NCBI GenBank assembly: GCA_965227515.1
Contig: CBDDFZ010000001.1
Coordinates: 1,920,001 to 1,984,000, forward strand
Direction: 5' to 3'
From: Alphaproteobacteria bacterium
GTDB lineage: Bacteria > Pseudomonadota > Alphaproteobacteria > CALKHQ01
Length of the DNA: 64,000 nt
This document shows, piece by piece, positions 61,100 to 64,000 of the stretch (position 1 is its first letter; every line of letters begins with the position of its first letter). The position numbers were made by a program, and so were the translations under genes. The notes below the pieces were generated by a model that saw only the letters and a program-made list of their open reading frames with translations, made no database searches and had not been told where the DNA came from.

Positions 61100-62152
61100 A
61101 TGTCGTCATCTTCGCCCCCCCAAGCACCGCCCCATGCGCCCGCCGGCCACCCGCCGATTCCGGAGCGCAAGGTCGGTGTGCTGATCATCAATCTCGGCAC
61201 GCCGGACGCCACCGACTACAAGTCGATGCGCCGCTATCTGTCGGAGTTCCTCAGCGACCGGCGCGTCGTGGAGGTGAACCCGGTGCTGTGGCAGCTCATC
61301 CTGCAGGGCCCGATCCTGACCTTCCGGCCGAAGAAGAGCGCCGAGGCCTACCGCAAGGTCTGGAACGCCGAGCGCGACGAGTCGCCCCTGCGCACCATCA
61401 CCCGCGCCCAGTCGGAGAAGCTGGCGGCCGCCCTGGCCGACCGGCCCGCCGTGATGGTCGACTGGGCGATGCGCTATGGCACGCCGTCGATTGCCGACAA
61501 GCTGGGCGCGATGCAACAGGCCGGCTGCGACCGCATCGCGCTGATCGCGCTCTACCCGCAGTACAGCGCCGCCACCACCGCCACTGCCTACGACAAGGCG
61601 TTCGAGGCACTGAAGTCCATGCGCTGGCAGCCAGCGGTGCGCACCGCGCCGCCCTATCACGACGACCCGGCATACATCGCCGCCCTCGCCAATAGCCTGA
61701 CCGCGCACCTGGCCACGTTGGACTGGCAGCCCGACGTGGTGCTCGCCTCCTATCACGGGCTGCCGAAGGACTATTTCGACAAGGGCGACCCCTATCACTG
61801 CCACTGCGCCAAGACCACGCGGCTGCTCAACGAGCATCTCGGCTGGCCCGAGGGGCGGCTGCGCATGACGTTCCAGTCGCGCTTCGGCCCGCGCGAATGG
61901 CTGCAGCCCTACACCGACAAGACGCTGGAGGCGCTGCCGGGCGAGGGCGCGAAAAAGGTCGCGGTGATCATGCCGGGCTTCGCCGCCGACTGCGTCGAGA
62001 CCCTGGAGGAGATCGCCATCGAGGCGGCGGAGACGTTCAAGGCCGCAGGCGGCACCCATTTCAGCGCCGTGCCGTGCCTGAACGACAGCGACGGCGGTGT
62101 TGCGCTTTTGAAGCACCTGGCGCTCCGGGACCTCGCTGGCTGGGTGGGGTGA
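61100..62152 (+). CDS. hemH: ferrochelatase
   Basis: NLGTPD, EFLSD.RV, AMRYG.PS, LYPQYS, SYHGLP, FQSRFG..EWLQP, DCVETLEE. Confidence 0.97.
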   Translation: MSSSSPPQAPPHAPAGHPPIPERKVGVLIINLGTPDATDYKSMRRYLSEFLSDRRVVEVNPVLWQLILQGPILTFRPKKSAEAYRKVWNAERDESPLRTITRAQSEKLAAALADRPAVMVDWAMRYGTPSIADKLGAMQQAGCDRIALIALYPQYSAATTATAYDKAFEALKSMRWQPAVRTAPPYHDDPAYIAALANSLTAHLATLDWQPDVVLASYHGLPKDYFDKGDPYHCHCAKTTRLLNEHLGWPEGRLRMTFQSRFGPREWLQPYTDKTLEALPGEGAKKVAVIMPGFAADCVETLEEIAIEAAETFKAAGGTHFSAVPCLNDSDGGVALLKHLALRDLAGWVG

Positions 62153-62217
62153 ACCCGCCGACGGTTGCCGATGCGCGCCGTAGTTGATACCTCCGGGCAT
62201 CATTGCGATGGTGTGAC

Positions 62218-62925
62218 ATGGCCGAGTCGCCGTCACCGAACCTGCGTATCGCCCCGTCCATCCTGTCCGCCGATTTCGCGCGGCTGGGCGAGGACGTGCG
62301 CGCGGTCGAGGAGGCCGGCGCCGACTGGATCCACGTCGACGTGATGGACGGGCATTTCGTGCCCAATCTCACCATCGGCCCGGCTGTCCTGCGGGCCCTG
62401 AAGCCGCACACCACCAAGCCGATGGACGTCCACCTGATGATCAGCCCGGCCGACCCGTACTTGGAGGCGTTCGCCGATGCCGGTGCCGACGGGCTGACCG
62501 TGCATCCCGAGGCGGGTCCCCATGTCCACCGCTCGGTACAGGCGATCCGCCGGCTCGGCAAGCGGGCGGGCATCGCGCTCAACCCGGCGACGCCGGTGTC
62601 GGCGCTCGACCACCTGCTCGACGACATCGACCTCGTGCTGGTGATGACGGTCAATCCGGGCTTCGGCGGCCAGCGTTTCATCTCCGGCATGCTGGCCAAG
62701 ATCGCCGCCGTGCGCGAGCGGATCGACGCCACCGGGCGGGCCATCGACTTGCAGGTCGATGGCGGCATCAATGCCGAGACCGCGCCGCTGGTGATCGCCG
62801 CCGGGGCCGACGTGCTGGTCGCCGGCTCGGCGATCTTCAGCGCCGGCGAGGACCAGTACCGGGCCAAGATCGAGGCGCTGCGCGCGGGCGTGCGCGCGAC
62901 CGGCCAGATCGCGGCGGCGGTCTAG
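62218..62925 (+). CDS. rpe: ribulose-phosphate 3-epimerase
   Basis: [45 protein letters not shown]. Confidence 0.97.
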   Translation: MAESPSPNLRIAPSILSADFARLGEDVRAVEEAGADWIHVDVMDGHFVPNLTIGPAVLRALKPHTTKPMDVHLMISPADPYLEAFADAGADGLTVHPEAGPHVHRSVQAIRRLGKRAGIALNPATPVSALDHLLDDIDLVLVMTVNPGFGGQRFISGMLAKIAAVRERIDATGRAIDLQVDGGINAETAPLVIAAGADVLVAGSAIFSAGEDQYRAKIEALRAGVRATGQIAAAV

Positions 62926-62938
62926 GCGGCCGGCTGAC

Positions 62939-64000
62939 ATGAGCCAGATCGACATCTTCGCCGGCGATTTCGGCTGGCCGCGCCTGCGCCGCGAGCGGTC
63001 CGGCGCCGCCGTGCTGCGGCCCGCCGGCATGCGCCTGTTGGGCGCGCGGCTGATGCTGCTGCCGCCCTTACAGGCGATCCGGCCTGGCGCCGAACTGCAC
63101 AATCCCTGGGTCGGCGGTGCCGATCTGTGGCCGGGCGATGCCGCCAAGGGCGCCGGCTGGCTGGCCGCGTTCTCCAGCCAGGGCACGCCCGGTGCCGAGC
63201 TGATCACACAATTGGTCGCCGATCCAGCGCCGCAGGTGCACGAGTTCGGCTGGGTGCGCGACGTGCGCGCGCTCGGCGGCCCGGCTGCCCAGGCGCTGGC
63301 GCAAGCAATCCTGAGCGCTTGGCTGCCGCGCCACCGCCGCTGGTCGTCGGCGGTCTGGCGCAGCGACGTGATGGCGCGCCGGCTGGCGGCATGGTTCGCG
63401 CACTGGCGCTTCCTGGTCGACGGCCCGGCGGAGTCTTCCAGCGGCGGGCTGCAAGATGCGCTGGCCGCCGCCGCGCGCACCCAACTGGCATTTCTGCACC
63501 GGGTGCGCGGCGATGACGTGACCGGGGCACCGCGGCTGGCCGCGCTTGCCAGTACGGCTGTTGCGACACTGGCCGCGGCGGCGCCGAAGCCGGCCGATGC
63601 CGCCGGCACGCCGGCGCTGCGCCGCACGCTCCAGCATCTGGAGCGCGAGGTGGAGCGGCAGGTGAACGCAGACGGCGGCCACATTGCCCGTGCGCCGGAT
63701 GCGCAGTACACGGTGGTGCGCGCCCTGGTCGACCTGCGTGCGGCCCTGTCGGCTGCCCGCGCGGAGACGCCGCCATGGCTGCAGCACGCCATCGACCGCG
63801 CGACACCGATGCTGCGCTTCTACCGCCATGGCGACGGCGGCTTCGCGCTGTTCAACGGCGTCGCCGCCAAGCCGCCCGCCGGCATCGAGCGCGTTCTGGG
63901 CAAGGCCGGCGCGCGCGGCCGCAGCCCGGTCAGCGCGCCGCACACCGGCTTCCACCGCATCACCGCCGACAAGACGCTCGTCATCGTCGATTGCGGGGCG
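62939..64000 (+). CDS. heparinase II/III family protein (partial, runs off the window; not in ORF track)
   Basis: Manual translation from ATG 62939: H.F.W.RD.RA, ARRL.AW, DGGH..R.P, LRFYRHGDG.FALFNG, IVDCG; follows rpe. Confidence 0.8.
   Translation, partial: MSQIDIFAGDFGWPRLRRERSGAAVLRPAGMRLLGARLMLLPPLQAIRPGAELHNPWVGGADLWPGDAAKGAGWLAAFSSQGTPGAELITQLVADPAPQVHEFGWVRDVRALGGPAAQALAQAILSAWLPRHRRWSSAVWRSDVMARRLAAWFAHWRFLVDGPAESSSGGLQDALAAAARTQLAFLHRVRGDDVTGAPRLAALASTAVATLAAAAPKPADAAGTPALRRTLQHLEREVERQVNADGGHIARAPDAQYTVVRALVDLRAALSAARAETPPWLQHAIDRATPMLRFYRHGDGGFALFNGVAAKPPAGIERVLGKAGARGRSPVSAPHTGFHRITADKTLVIVDCGA

Overview
High-GC alphaproteobacterial chromosome segment, Rhodospirillales-like by gene content (inference). 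It is mostly housekeeping: lysA, cpdR, tRNA-Val(GAC), a complete ccmABCDEFGHI operon, acnA, grxC, cysQ, cysD/cysNC, tlyA, rlmD, fabI, aroC, sppA, a TAXI-TRAP transporter with two DMT genes and a metallo-hydrolase, two RTX-like proteins, mmsB, hemH and rpe. The best find is an IS110-family (IS1111-type) element of about 1.42 kb at 32915-34336. It sits inside a GTAG-type REP arm with a CT core on each side. Its downstream non-coding end holds four short segments in two internal loops, matching the REP target and the element's own circle junction, which is a readable bridge/seekRNA. Also found by reading the DNA, and absent from or mis-bounded in the ORF track: an MmgR (alpha-r8/suhB) sRNA with promoter and terminator, a 45-aa LptM/YifL-like lipoprotein, a candidate 30-aa peptide gene, a perfect CtrA box, an MNT-HEPN toxin-antitoxin pair, a 90-bp duplication after the tRNA, and five families of intergenic palindromic repeats. 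All calls come from manual motif recognition; no database searches were run.
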